Shown: positions 1 through 12,946, counted from the first letter of the stretch. The stretch: 64,000 nt of DNA from Eledone cirrhosa (GCA_964016885.1 OZ024756.1:21452001-21516000), one strand, 5' to 3'. Numbers and translations are program-made. Notes: a model not told the origin generated them from the sequence alone.

Positions 1-400
1 TACACAGTTTTCCCCGGTAGATAATAATCTTAGTCACTCAGGGCATGAGGATATCTCCAGACACAAGTCCTATGTACACCGTTTCCCGACGGACAATGAC
101 CTCAGTCACTGATTTGGGGCGTGATGATATCACCTGATACGAATCTTCTACACAGTTTTCCCCGGTAGATAATAATCTTAGTCACTGCTTCAGGGCATGA
201 GGATATCTCCAGACACAAGTCCTATGTACACCATTTCCCGACGGACAATGACCTCAGTCACTGATTTGGGGCGTGATGATATCACCTGATACGAATCTTC
301 TACACAGTTTTCCCCGGTAGATAATAATCTTAGTCACTGCTTCAGGGCATGAGGATATCTGCAGACACAAGTCATATACACAACGTTTCCCGACGGACAA
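1..400. repeat. ~152-bp tandem repeat (at least 2.6 copies, runs off the window start); unit is a dimer of two diverged ~76-bp halves
   Basis: tacacagttttccccggtagataataatcttagtcact recurs at 1, 149 and 301; both halves begin gatatc and share (c/t)agtcactg. Confidence 0.9.
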
Positions 401-1789
401 TATCCAGTTAAGGACGGATAATCGGCCATGAGTAAATATTGTCACTGTATTGCGAGAAAAAAAAAATAGCTACTAGGTAAATCTTTTACTAAATATCCAA
501 AGTAGAGCTCCTAATTTATTCTCGTGTTTGACACGTGACATTTCCAGCAATGTCTGCGTCTAATCTGTTGGTGACATGGGAGTTACTTATAGCCTGCGTT
601 CCACCTATCTAGAGAGCCATGAAAAATGGCACTGAGACTAGGTTCTTCGTCTTGTAGTTGAACCATTAAACATTTCTAATTTGGTCAGTACTCTGTTATT
701 TCTTTACACCATAGATCACCCTATACCCCTTCCTTTTCATCCCATCCTCATACATGAAGGTCGGGCGTCATGGACTTATGGAGCAACACTCTCCATCTTT
801 TCCTGTCTCTTGCCATTGCCGTACATTCCGCCAAACTCCTTCATGTCCATTGCTTAATATCATCTGTCCATTCCCTAATATCATCTGTCCATTCCCTTTT
901 CTGCCGTACCCTGGCCCTTTTCTGCCGCCCCCATGGCCCTTTTCTGCCGCCCCTTGGCTTTTTTATTCCCTTTTTAATCCCTTTTCCCCTTTTATTCGTC
1001 CCTCAAGGATGTGGGTAGTCTAAGTTTGGGCTCCGATGACATGATTAAAATACTGAAGTTTCCTTTTCCTTAACCGACTGTCGATTGGCACCAATTTCTT
1101 CCAGTACAGATTCATTTGTTCTGTGAGCTGTCCAGCTAATTCTAAGAGTGTATGCCCTACATTCATAAATGCATTAAAAAAACAAGCAAGACCAATAAAT
1201 AAATATATGAAAATAAATAAAGACACCACCTGATGTGTTGTCCCATTAATCTATAGTTTACTCATTGAGATTTAGAGCCAATCATTTTAAATGCAGGAAG
1301 TTAAATCTTGCAGAACGGATGCCATGGTTGAAGAATTATTAAAATTAAATTTTCATTTTGCCAGCCATGTGAAACTCCTGGTTGTCGTTGTTGCACCTTT
1401 TGTTGTTATTAAAATTGTTGTTGTCGACAACCACACACGCACGCACGCACGCACGCACGCACACAATCTGTCTGTCTGTGTATTTATGTATGCGCATATA
1501 TTTATATGTTCATTTGCATATACATACAAGCATAGAGAAATAAGTACCTCCATATATTTCTTATACACACAGGCACGTATATATATGCATCTCTATTTCT
1601 CTCTCCATGTATATATAAACACACACAGACACACAGATAGAGAGACAGGGAAATATATAAATCCAAATAAAAAATATTCATCTCCAATTCACTTTAGGTA
1701 CCTCTTCCATTATCAGAAAGAGACCATAGATTAATAAATAGCTCAATATGTCAACTAGAGGCTACAAAATCTATTCCATATAGCAATTC

Positions 1790-2032
1790 TACAGTAGTTG
1801 AGTGTTCCACAGACACGTGTACCAAGAACGTAACTCTCAAGGAAATACCGCGTTCGATTAGGCTTGCCTCCTTTCAAATAGACGTATATCTAATTTTTGC
1901 CAGCGGTTTGTAAATAAGCAACGTTAAATGTAATACAATGTCTTGTTCAAGGGCACAACACACTGCCGAGAATCGAGCTCACGACCTTAAGATTTTCAAG
2001 CCAACACGCTAACCACTTAGCCACGCGTCTCC
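1790..2032 (-). mobile_element. Diverged tRNA-derived SINE, family 2
   Basis: Reverse complement gives gcgtggctaagtggttag (A box), gagctcgattc (B-box-like) and gtgtgttgtgcccttgaacaagaca; homologous to 58667-58870. Confidence 0.65.
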
Positions 2033-2425
2033 ACTCATAATACATGGTGTATGTTTGATATACAAAACCGGTACAACACACTGTACTTCCACAAGGCGTA
2101 CAAAAATTCGTTCTTCAGTGCACTAAAACTTGCATTAAAATACTGGTCTCATTTAAGACTTAGGCCAATAATGTTGAGCGTAGGAGAAGCCAATTGTATC
2201 AATTCCAGTACATGACCGTACATTGTTTTATCGACCACAGAAGGAGGAAACGCAATGCTGACATAAAGTGGGAATGATTTGAACTGGGATAGAAGTTCGT
2301 AATGAAATACTGTAATGCACTACTATGGTCGATTAAACTAATTTAAATATAATTAAGTTTAATTTACTCGCGCAGTTTTAAGTGAAATATGAGAATGAAC
2401 TCTATAGATAATAAACACAACCACA

Positions 2426-2760
2426 AGGATATGGTCCGAACGTGGAAGAGCCGAACTCCCACTGTCATCGCCTCCATCACTCTCAACCTCCCCATCTCTC
2501 TATATAGTGAGCAAATGGGGTCCCACGTGCTGGCCTCCCCACAGCCCCGGCGGACAGAATTGAGAAGGCGTTTCCCCGGAGGATGGTTAAGGGAGATACG
2601 CTGGAAGAGTCATTCCAACTCGCGAGGCTCACATCTGCCGCTGGCCAGGTTAGCGCCCATGGTGGTGAGTTGGGAGGTAGCCCTAGGGCCAAGGGCACCA
2701 GAAGTCTCCACTGCCAAGGACACGACCGCAAACCTGTCGGAGAGCGACGACCAAGGTTCT
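2426..2760. repeat. GC-rich dispersed repeat, second copy at ~18800-18960; possibly a LINE 5' UTR
   Basis: gagccgaactc...tatagtgagcaaat(g/a)gggtcccacgtgctgg...cggcggacagaat(t/g)gagaaggcgtttccc is present at both loci; the UTR identity is inference. Confidence 0.6.
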
Positions 2761-3746
2761 AAGGACTATGACAATCTCCCATTCTTAATATCAATTTAGG
2801 CACAAGTCCACGGATTAATATAGCATTAAGATATTACAATTGCTGCTGCTGATGATGATGATGATGATGATGACACAAGAATGGAAAACAGGAAAAAGGT
2901 GGACAGAAAAATACAAAACAAAAAAAAAACAGACGAAGGACGAAATGAGATGTAACAATAAACACAATGACATATTTCGTTGTATTCCGAAAATAAACAC
3001 TGACTAAACACTGACCGATGACATCCGTTTAGCGTTGCAAGAGAACAAAGTGATGGAAGGTTAGTCGGCCATATTGTAATGCTTGCGTTTTTCAGACGCT
3101 CCTCTATTAACGACTGAACGTGAAGGAGTTATTAACGGTAACAAAACAATAGATGTAGATTGAAGTGAAGGAGCACGCACGTACGTACACACGCACGTAC
3201 ACACACACATACACATACACACGCACACACACACACACACTTAAATGAGGAGAAAATGACAGAACGATGAAGGTACTTAACTAAGAAATATAGACAAATA
3301 TACAGAGGCGAAGGAAACAAAGATAAGCGGTTATTCTATATAATGAGATAATATGGCGACCAAGAAGATGTAAAAAGATATATATATATATATATATATA
3401 TAAACTTAATAATTATATAAAGAAAACCCACTAACACCACCACCACCAAGATGGCTGTTACAATAATATCACGAAGAAGAACAACGAAATTGAAGGGAAA
3501 TGGCGGCTGTAAACGATGAAGCGACTCTAATGACGCAATCTCCTGCACTTGGCAATGTTCCATGCTTACGAAGTTCTGTAATAACACAATGACATTGCTA
3601 ATCTTGTTATTTCTGATAGATTTACTTTAAACAATATTTACAGCGATGATTTGCCGAAAAATATACATATTTCTGTAAATATGTCCAAAATCTAAGCTGC
3701 TGTTTAGAATAGTTTTTCTATCGTGAATATATTTTTATACACAAAC

Positions 3747-3785
<39 letters not shown>

Positions 3786-4102
3786 TAAACACACACATAC
3801 AAGAGGATAATTATATATATATATTGACAAATATATGCACATAGGCATATATATATATGTTTATATGCATACATATATATATTTATATCCATACATACAT
3901 ATATATATTTATATGCATACATACATATATATATATTTGTATGCATGCATACATATATATATTTATATACATACATACATATATTTATATACATACAAAT
4001 ATATATATATATATACATTCATACAGATAAACACACACGCACACGCACACACACACGCGCACACGCACACGCACACGCACACGCACGCACACACACACAC
4101 AC

Positions 4103-4149
<47 letters not shown>

Positions 4150-4182
4150 CATATATATATTGACAAATATATGCACATAGGC

Positions 4183-4236
<54 letters not shown>

Positions 4237-4240
<4 letters not shown>

Positions 4241-4303
4241 GTCCAGCTAACCTCAGTCTCCTCTGTGTCACTTTTGAGCTGACTTTTGGGATGCTCCCAT
4301 ACA
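4237..4303 (-). mobile_element. Inverted continuation of the adjacent RTE-type LINE fragment
   Basis: Minus strand reads [21 protein letters not shown], the motif that normally follows RMLRMALNI.. in RTE-clade ORFs. Confidence 0.8.
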
Positions 4304-4320
4304 TCTTTTGGGATGCTCCC

Positions 4321-4620
4321 AAGCCGCTAGAATTGGTTGAGGGCTTCCTGTATTTGGGAGCAAAGATTGGGAATACGGAAGATGATGTGGTTGAGAGGAA
4401 GGGCAAAGCCTGGGCGGCGTGCCACAGCTGGAGATCGGTGTGGAAGTCTGACCTTCGTAAAGACCTGAAAATCCGCCTCTTCATTGCTGTAGTGGAGTCT
4501 GTGCTACTGTACGGGTCTGAAACTTGGACCCTGACCAAGAAACTCGCTCAGATGGTGGATGGGTGCTACACGAGAATGCTGAGGATGGCTCTGAACATTA
4601 ATCAGTATACACTGAGGATG
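4321..4620 (+). mobile_element. RTE-type non-LTR retrotransposon fragment (end of RT and downstream region)
   Basis: [11 protein letters not shown]...[33 protein letters not shown]...DGCYTRMLRMALNI; F.YLG and LLYGSETW are RTE/RTEX signatures. Confidence 0.9.
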
Positions 4621-4706
4621 TTATATATAACCAAAGATTAATAATACTACCAATACTGGAATTAAAACTTCAAGACAGTTGAGGTATGTCATACATCAAT
4701 TCATAT

Positions 4707-4770
4707 ATTTTATCTGATGAGGGCGTACTGAAAAAAACAGCACAGTACCTCCGAAATATATATAATAAAA
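4707..4770 (+). ncRNA. Type-I hammerhead ribozyme (family E)
   Basis: ttttat-CTGATGA(4714)-gggcgtactg...cagtacctcc-GAAA(4753)-tatata-TA-ataaaa; stems I and II pair, helix III is palindromic. Confidence 0.8.
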
Positions 4771-5094
4771 CATTTATGTTGATTATGTGAACGTATTCAT
4801 TTATTAATATTTTGATAATATATATATATATATATATAAATGTATTATGTTATATATATATTTTAGATGAGTGTATTATCTTATATATATATATATATAT
4901 GTGTGTGTATGTATTATGTTTATATATATATACACAGTTCAAGAGTAACCAATCTTAAAGAGAGAGATAGGAGAGGGGAGATTGGTGAATCAGTTAGAAG
5001 CCAAAGCGTAAAGGCATGTGCTCAATGTGCAATATGCAGTGGAAGGCAGCTAGGTGGCTGGGTTCATGCAGAGGTTAGGTGCACAGAGCTGGAA

Positions 5095-5859
<765 letters not shown>

Positions 5860-6003
5860 TGTGTGTATTATGTTTATATATATATATCAGTGTGTGTTTG
5901 TATATCTCTATACTCTCTTCTGCATATATATGCATAAACATAACACGCACATGTATATATATGATAACACACACACGCATACACATATATGTAAGTGTAT
6001 ATA

Positions 6004-6052
<49 letters not shown>

Positions 6053-6349
6053 GTGAAAGACAGAAAAATCAAGGGAGGGATATATATATATATATATATA
6101 TATACTTTGTGCGTAGAGAAAGATTTCTAGATGTATGTGGCAGTTAGCTTGATAAAATATAAAAATCGAACATTTTCATAACGGACTGAAAGGGAGAATT
6201 GACATAGCAGTTAACTTTTTCTGACGTAGCTTCAATTATGGAAGAACGTAACATAGGCAGACGTCAGAGCTAGGAAGGAATTCGTGGCAAATCCCTGAAA
6301 TTTCATTAGTGATCACCAACTGTCATTCAATGTCAACAGGCTTGTTCTT

Positions 6350-6728
6350 CTGGCCCCTTTCTTTTCTCGCTTTCTTTCCTCCCTTTTTCTCGCTTTCTTT
6401 CTTTCTTTCTCTATCTCTCTCCCGCTTTCTTTCTTTCTCTATCTCTCTCCCGCTTTCTTTCTTTCTCTATCTCTCTCTCGCTTTCTTTCTTTCTTTCTTT
6501 CTTTCTCTCTCGCTTTCTTTCTTTCTCTATCTCTCTCTCGTTTTCTTTCTTTCTTTCTTTCTCTGTCTCTCTCTCGCTTTCTTTCTTTCTCTGTCTCTCT
6601 CTCGCTTTCTTTCTTTCTCTATCTCTCTCTCGCTCTCTTTCCTTCTCTATCTCTCTCTCGCTCTCTTTCCTTCTCTATCTCTCTCGCTCTCTTTCTTTCT
6701 CTCTCGCTTTCTTTCTCTCTCGCTTTCG

Positions 6729-6763
<35 letters not shown>

Positions 6764-7416
6764 GCTCTCTTTCTCTCGCTCCTCGCTCTTTCTCTCGCTC
6801 TTTCTTTCTCTCGCTCCTCGCTCTTTCTTTCTCTCGCTCTCTTTCTCTCGCTCGCTCTTTCTCTCGCTCGCTCTTTCTCTCGCTCGCTCTTTCTCTTTCT
6901 CTCGCTCTCTCTTTCTCTCGTTCTCTCGCTCTCTATCTCTCGCTCTCTATCTCTCGCTCTCTCGCTCTCTATCTCTCGCTCTCTCGCTCTTTATCTCTCG
7001 CTCTTTATCTCTCGCTCTTTATCTCTCGCTCTCTATCTCGCTCTCTCGCTCTTTATCTCTCGCTTTCTCGCGCTCTCTCGCGCTCTTTCTTTCGCTCTCT
7101 TTCTTTCGCGCTCTTTTTTTTCGCTCTCTCTCTCTCTCACTCTCTCTTTCACACTCGCGCTCTCTTTCTCGTGCTCTCTATCTATATATCTCTTCTTCTC
7201 ACTTTCTCGCCTCTTTCTACTCCCCTTTCTACTCCCCTTTCTACTCCCCTCTCTCTCCCTTTCTACTCCCCTCTCTCCCACGCTCCCTTTCTACCCACTC
7301 TCCCTACTCCCTCTACCCCCTCCCTACTCCCTCTACTCCTCTCCCTATTTCTACCCCCTCTCCATCTTTCCCCCCCTCTACCCCTTCTCTCTCTTGCTTT
7401 CTTTCTTTTTTATCTC

Positions 7417-7462
<46 letters not shown>

Positions 7463-7516
7463 AACAAACAAACAAACAAACAAACAAACAAACAAACAAA
7501 CAAACAAACAAACAAA
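6350..7516. repeat. Polypyrimidine (CT/CTCG) low-complexity array followed by (CA)n and (CAAA)n
   Basis: Direct inspection; the 445-aa S/L/F ORF is its translation. Confidence 0.95.
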
Positions 7517-7828
7517 CAGGTTTTATAAAAGCGTATTCCGAATTTTCAATATTTCCGCCATTAGTAATGCCTCGTTTACTGAACACTGGCCGAGGTATGT
7601 TAAACCTCTTTTACAGATTCCATTATCTATGTTCTTGGGAAGATAGGGTATATAAAACATTGTATATACACATACTGAACATTGGCCGAGGCATGTTAAA
7701 ACTTCTTACATATATCATTAGTTATGTTATAGTGAAGATAGAGCAAACTAAATAGATTATATATGTGTATATATATGTATGTATATATATATATATAATG
7801 TATATATATATATATATAATGTATATAA

Positions 7829-7978
7829 GAGGGTGTGCTAAGATACCAGGTGGGCCATAACACACCAGAGTACTCTATATTTAGGGTAGAAGAGTGGATA
7901 GTAGGAAAAGAGTCAGGACCCCGACAGCCGAGCTCCGGCCGTTTCGACAGCTAGATCCGGTCCTGACTCTTTTCCTAT
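7829..7978 (-). mobile_element. TA-flanked short element, family C (3' half of a hammerhead-like motif), with a short fold-back
   Basis: taggaaaagagtcaggacc...ggtcctgactcttttccta; homologous to 8970-9110, 13037-13250, 28228-28420 and 29786-29990. Confidence 0.75.
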
Positions 7979-8239
7979 ACATACATATATATAATTGGAA
8001 ATTTAGTAAAATCGAATCTCTGGCAGTTTGCAAGCAAATTCGGCCTACTTATATGAAATGATGAGTTAGCAAAGCACTCGATAAGTTAGGTCCTAAGAGT
8101 AATAACATACGTTTAAATAGCTTGACATATCGAACATTGCAGTAGGCAAAATCTAACACACAATAATATACCAAAGTAACGATAGAACTAACGGGTTGAG
8201 AAAAGTAATATATATATATTATTAAATATATATTAAATA

Positions 8240-8271
<32 letters not shown>

Positions 8272-8663
8272 GCAGAAGATGAAGTGCTTATATGTGGTTG
8301 TTACGCTGTAACTTCGTGATGATAAGCCTGTTCGAGCGATCCAAAAGCACTTCATGTCAGTAGTTTATCCCAGTTAAAATTTGGTTATTAAGAGTAACGG
8401 AATATTCATTTATCAAATTAATAGTAGTTAAGACTGGGTTATTTAATCCTAATTGCTATATTGCAATAAAGCAATTATGTTGAAATAACTTCGTTTTAAC
8501 TACTATTAATTTGATATATATATATATATGTATATATGTATGAGGTGAGTTTTATTGTAGTACAATAAAGCAATGCAGATATCGGATAAGTAGCACTCTC
8601 AAGTTTGTAGGACTGGAGTATAAATAATATATAAGATCAAAAGATGGTCAAAAGAGTTCCATG

Positions 8664-8733
8664 TATTTTATTATGCGCATTTCAAAAACAAATATCATCG
8701 TGCAATAACATTTGCGTTTTCGTCAGATAAAAC
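8664..8733 (-). ncRNA. Type-I hammerhead ribozyme (family A, CUGACGA)
   Basis: Reverse complement: ttttat-CTGACGA-aaacgcaaatgttatt...gatatttgttttt-GAAA-tgcgca-TA-ataaaa. Confidence 0.8.
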
Positions 8734-8854
8734 AGGAAGACATGATATGAAGATTAAAAAACACTTGTGGATAGTGCAGTTTTAAATCAACATATATGTT
8801 GATTTAAAACTGCACTATTCACAAGTGTGTTTTAAGCTTCATATCATGTCTCCC

Positions 8855-8925
8855 TATTTTATCTGATGAAAACGCAAATGTTATTGCATGATGATATTTG
8901 TTTTTGAAATGCGCATAATAAAATA
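8855..8925 (+). ncRNA. Type-I hammerhead ribozyme (family A)
   Basis: tattttat-CTGATGA(8863)-stem II-GAAA(8906)-tgcgca-TA-ataaaata; perfect 8-bp stem I. Confidence 0.85.
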
Positions 8926-8969
8926 CATGGAACTCTTTTAACCATCTTTTGATCTTATATATATATATA

Positions 8970-9110
8970 TGAATCAGTCTGAAACTAGCTGTTGAAGCAA
9001 GAGCTCAGCCGTCGGTGTCCTGACTCATAACAATACTCTACTACCCCAAGTATCGAGTATTCTGGTGAGTAATGGTCTAACTAGTTTCTTACTGAATCCA
9101 TCTTTATATA
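8970..9110 (+). mobile_element. Family C short element, diverged
   Basis: gagctcagccgtcggtgtcctgac...ctctactaccccaagtatcgagta; TA-flanked. Confidence 0.7.
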
Positions 9111-9147
9111 TATATATATTTATATATATATGTATGTATGTGTGTGT

Positions 9148-9268
9148 ATCCCGGGTTCAATCGGGGGTAACCACAGTAATTAAGGTACTCAATACATAGC
9201 AGAGTATAAATATATAATATAGAAATGGCTTCTACAGGGCTAGAACTGTTTCATTCGGGGGAAATCAT
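9148..9268 (-). mobile_element. Family B short element, truncated inside the hammerhead core
   Basis: cccgggttcaatcgggggtaaccacagtaa...ggcttctacagggctagaactgtttcattcgggggaaatcat then TA; homologous to 11615-11825 and 57236-57430. Confidence 0.75.
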
Positions 9269-9422
9269 ATATATATATATATATTATGTAACTTGTGGTT
9301 AGTAACGGCGACCCATGTAAACTCTCATATCTGAAAAAGTGTCGATTAAGAGACGCGATCCGATCACATGATCGATAGAGAAACAATTGTAATATGAAGT
9401 AAGGTTTACATCAAGCTGCAAT

Positions 9423-9462
9423 TCTCTCTCTCTCTCTCTTTGTCTCTCTCTCTTTCTCTCTT

Positions 9463-9495
<33 letters not shown>

Positions 9496-9502
9496 TTCTC
9501 TC

Positions 9503-9559
<57 letters not shown>

Positions 9560-10137
9560 TCTTTCTCTCTCTCTCTCCTTTCTCGCTGTCTCCTTTCTTT
9601 CTCTGTCTTTCTTCTTTCTTTCTCTGTCTCTCTTCTTTCTCTCTTCTTTCTCTCTCTGTCTCCTTTCTGTGTCTCTCTCTTTCTGTATCTCTCTGTGTGT
9701 GTGTGTCTCTCTGTCTCTCTCTCTCTCTCTCTTTCTCCCTCTCCGTGTCTCTCTTTCTCCGTGTCTCTCTTTCTCCCTCTCCGTGTCTCTTTCTGTGTCT
9801 CTCTCTTTCTCCCTCTCCATATCTCTTTCTGTTTCTCTTTCTGTGTCTCCGTGTCTCTCTCTTTATCCCTCTCCGTGTCTCTCTCTTTCTCCCTCTCCGT
9901 GTCTCTCTCTTTCTCCCTCTCCGTGTCTCTCTCTTTCTCCCTCTCCGTGTCTCTCTCTTTCTCCCTCTCCGTATCTCTCTTTCTCTCTCTGTGTCTCTCT
10001 CTGTCTCTCTTTCTCTCTCACTGTGTCTCTCTTTCTCTCTCACTGTGTCTCTCTTTCTCTCTCACTGTGTCTCTCTTTCTCTCTCACTGTGTCTCTCTTT
10101 CTCTCTCTCTGTCTCTCTGTCTCTCTCTCTCTCTCTG

Positions 10138-10206
<69 letters not shown>

Positions 10207-10336
10207 TTCTCTTTCTCTCTCTCCGTGTCTCTCTCTCCGTGTCTCTCTCTCCGTGTCTCTCTATCTGTGTGTCTCTCTCTATCTGTGTGTGTCTCTCTAT
10301 CTCTCTCTCTCTCTCTCTGACTCTGTCTTTCTCTCT
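9423..10336. repeat. (CT)n/(CTGT)n compound array with a 24-bp sub-unit ctccgtgtctctctctttctccct
   Basis: Direct inspection. Confidence 0.95.
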
Positions 10337-10782
10337 GTATGTATGATGTATGCGAATGTGTGCCCTTGCACAATCTGTGCGTAAATTACAGATCTTTCAG
10401 ATTTTCTATACACCATTTAATTTGTTTCATAAACATTCTATATTTAACGTCTTTATGTATTTTATACGGGAGCGGTGGTGGTGGTGGGGGGCCGTAAGAA
10501 GAAAAAAAGTCAATAGCAATATGAAAATGACACGTCACGCAAATACAACAAAATGTTATATTAATGATAGAAACGATTTGAGCAATTTAAATCCGTAATT
10601 TAACGTAAGAACATGTCCGTCACAAATTTCCAATGTGTACAGACATTGGTTGTTGCTCGGCGAAGAGACAAGTCTAAGTCGTGGAATATATTTACTGCAC
10701 GAAATATGTCGATTTCATCCAAAACCGCGCCAGGCTCAATGAATTTCACCAGGGAAACACATGCACACACGCACATTTTATA

Positions 10783-10821
<39 letters not shown>

Positions 10822-10852
10822 AGATCAAAAGATGGTTAAAGGAGTTCCATGT

Positions 10853-10921
10853 ATTTTATTATGCGCATTTCAAAAACAAACATCATCATGCAATAATATT
10901 TGTGTTTTCATCAGATAAAAC
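10853..10921 (-). ncRNA. Type-I hammerhead ribozyme (family A)
   Basis: Plus strand shows ttttatta-tgcgca-tttc...tcatcag(10908)-ataaaa. Confidence 0.85.
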
Positions 10922-11038
10922 AGGAGAACATGATATGAAGGCTAAAAAATACCTGTGGACAGTGCAGTTTTAAATCAACATATTTAAATCAACTGCACTG
11001 TCCACAGGTGTTTTTTAGCCTTCATATCATGTTCTCCT

Positions 11039-11107
11039 GTTTTATCTGATGAAAACACAAATATTATTGCATGATGATGTTTGTTTTTGAAATGCGCATA
11101 ATAAAAT
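11039..11107 (+). ncRNA. Type-I hammerhead ribozyme (family A)
   Basis: ttttat-CTGATGA(11046)-aaacacaaatattat...atgatgtttgttttt-GAAA(11089)-tgcgca-TA-ataaaa. Confidence 0.85.
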
Positions 11108-11234
11108 ACATGGAACTCCTTTAACCATCTTTTGATCTTATATTATGTATACTCCAGTCCTACAAACTGTAGAGTGCTTCTTATCCGATATCTGCATTGC
11201 TTTATTGTACTACAATAAAACTCACCTCCTACAT

Positions 11235-11267
<33 letters not shown>

Positions 11268-11614
11268 GAGAAAGATCTACGTCTTTCTAAATGTTTATCT
11301 ATAAACAATTATAAACATACCGTGTTTCTTTAGAAATATGAAATACATATCTGTAAACAGCTATGCTTGAAACTAAATCCTAATTCTATTATACACACAC
11401 ACAGAGGCACACACATACACACACACATACACACACACACATATAGCTATAATAAATATGAAGACCAAAATCTGAAGAGGGCTCGATAAGGATTGTATCT
11501 AAAATAAAAATGTATATATAAACCCGCATAGCAAATATTTATTATTAGTACTGCTTAAAGTTTATGCAAAGAAGCTCTCTATATATATCTACTACGATAT
11601 ATATATATATATAT

Positions 11615-11825
11615 GAAGTTTATTCCGGGGTCAATCGGAGGTAACCACAGTAAGTAACGTACTCAAGACGTAGCAGAGTATAAATATTTAATATAGAAAT
11701 GTCTTCTACAGGACTAGAAGAGTTTCATTCGGGAGAAATCATCAGGACAGTCTACTTCCTGATGATTTCTCCTGAATGAAACAGTTCTAGTCCTGTAGAA
11801 GCCATTTCTATATTAAATATATACT
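11615..11825. mobile_element. Family B fold-back element in a TA tract
   Basis: atagaaatgtcttctacaggactagaa...aaatcatcagg vs cctgatgattt...ttctagtcctgtagaagccatttctat. Confidence 0.85.
11755..11801 (+). ncRNA. Type-I hammerhead ribozyme (family B)
   Basis: cttc-CTGATGA(11759)-t-ttc-tcct-gaa-t-GAAA(11778)-cag-ttctagtc-ctg-TA-gaag; GUA cleavage triplet. Confidence 0.75.
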
Positions 11826-11960
11826 CGTGATGGTGCTGAAACGTTCCTGGCTTTGGGTAAAAAAAATATACAACAGGATCAGTTAATTATGATTTTATTC
11901 AACATATTCCCCTCTTGGATTCACAATCTTGTTGCAGTTACCCTTCAATTATTCTGTAAT
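11824..11960 (+). mobile_element. Probable mariner/Tc1 left-end remnant
   Basis: ggtgctgaaacgttcctggctttg...gattttattcaacatattcccctc resembles mariner termini I recall from octopus; not verified. Confidence 0.5.
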
Positions 11961-11997
<37 letters not shown>

Positions 11998-12106
11998 ATA
12001 ATAATAAATTTGAAGACTAAAATCCAAAGAGGGCTCGATAAGGATAAATATATATCAAATATAATATTTATTTATAAAACTGCTCTATATTATATTTTAT
12101 CTGATG

Positions 12107-12292
12107 GGCGGTGGATTGGCAGTATCAGTAGAGGGTCGGATGCCATGCTTTCCAGCATAGTTACGTCCCTTTACAATCTGAGTTCAAATCCCGCCGAGGT
12201 TGACTTTGCCTTTCATCCTTACGGGGTCGATAAAATAAAGTACCAGTAATGCACTGGGTATTTGCTGGCCTTGTGCCTAAAGTAGAAACCAT
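12107..12292 (+). mobile_element. tRNA-derived SINE family 1, full length, with 18-bp TSD
   Basis: tggcagtatcagtag (A-box-like), gagttcaaatcc (B box), gcctttcatccttacggggtcgataaaataaagtaccag central domain; attatattttatctgatg at 12089-12106 and 12291-12308. Confidence 0.9.
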
Positions 12293-12295
12293 TAT

Positions 12296-12358
12296 ATTTT
12301 ATCTGATGAAAGCACACCATAATTTAACTTGGTGTCCTTGAAATATGTATAATGAAAT
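12296..12358 (+). ncRNA. Type-I hammerhead ribozyme (family F)
   Basis: attttat-CTGATGA(12303)-aagcacacca...tggtgtcctt-GAAA(12340)-tatgta-TA-atgaaat; homologue at 49096-49153. Confidence 0.8.
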
Positions 12359-12914
12359 AAATATGGTTTTATAAATATAGTTTCCATTTGTTAATATCGT
12401 ATATATATATATATATAGGGTGGGTAAAATTCCCTCCCCTCTCTCTCTCTCAATAACAAACAAACACGTATATATATGGTGGTTACTTGATGTGTTTTCC
12501 ACTTTCTTGCATCGTTTTTATTTTTCTTCTATCCGGTATCTGGGTTAGACCATTAGATGATGGTTTATCGTTCCAAACTTAAAACTTACTAATTCTTTCA
12601 TTCTAAACGTTAAACTGATATGCTGATATTTGTAGTGTCTTAGCCCCCCCCCCCCCATATAGGTATATATATATATATATATATCAGTAATTCTCAATTA
12701 TTGATGAGTTGAAATAAAAAAATATTTATTTATTTTCTACTAAAAGAATTAGACATCATCATTTACTTGTAGGTTTCTGTTTTACTTGAAAACTTTATGG
12801 CATAATGAATTTCTGGCATAATGAACCATTTAGGAAAACACATAAACATTCTGAAACACCCACACAGATACACGTATGTATGTATGTATGTATGTATGTA
12901 TGTATGTATGTATG

Positions 12915-12946
<32 letters not shown>

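Larger units (their letters stand above)
8543..8960. mobile_element. Palindromic TA-flanked element, family A, with a hammerhead on each strand
   Basis: Arms ~8630-8792 and ~8795-8960 are reverse complements centred on aatcaacatatatgttgatt. Confidence 0.9.
10817..11236. mobile_element. Palindromic TA-flanked element, family A, with a hammerhead on each strand
   Basis: Arm ~10817-10983 is the reverse complement of ~10990-11145; the long arm continues to ...aaactcacctcctacatt-(TA)n. Confidence 0.9.

Noticed and set aside
450-1229. Possible decayed transposase or exon on the minus strand
   Set aside because: Only short frames with no motif I can identify.
2426-2760. HDV-like ribozyme in a putative LINE 5' UTR (also considered 19860-19990 and 36200-36590)
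   Set aside because: I could not build the P1/P1.1/P2/P3 pseudoknot by eye.
6309-10384. S/L/F-rich and E/R-rich ORFs
   Set aside because: Translations of (CT)n arrays.
12414-12662. Tc1-like MITE (tatagggtggg...cccccatata)
   Set aside because: The terminal inverted match is too short and obscured by a poly-C run.
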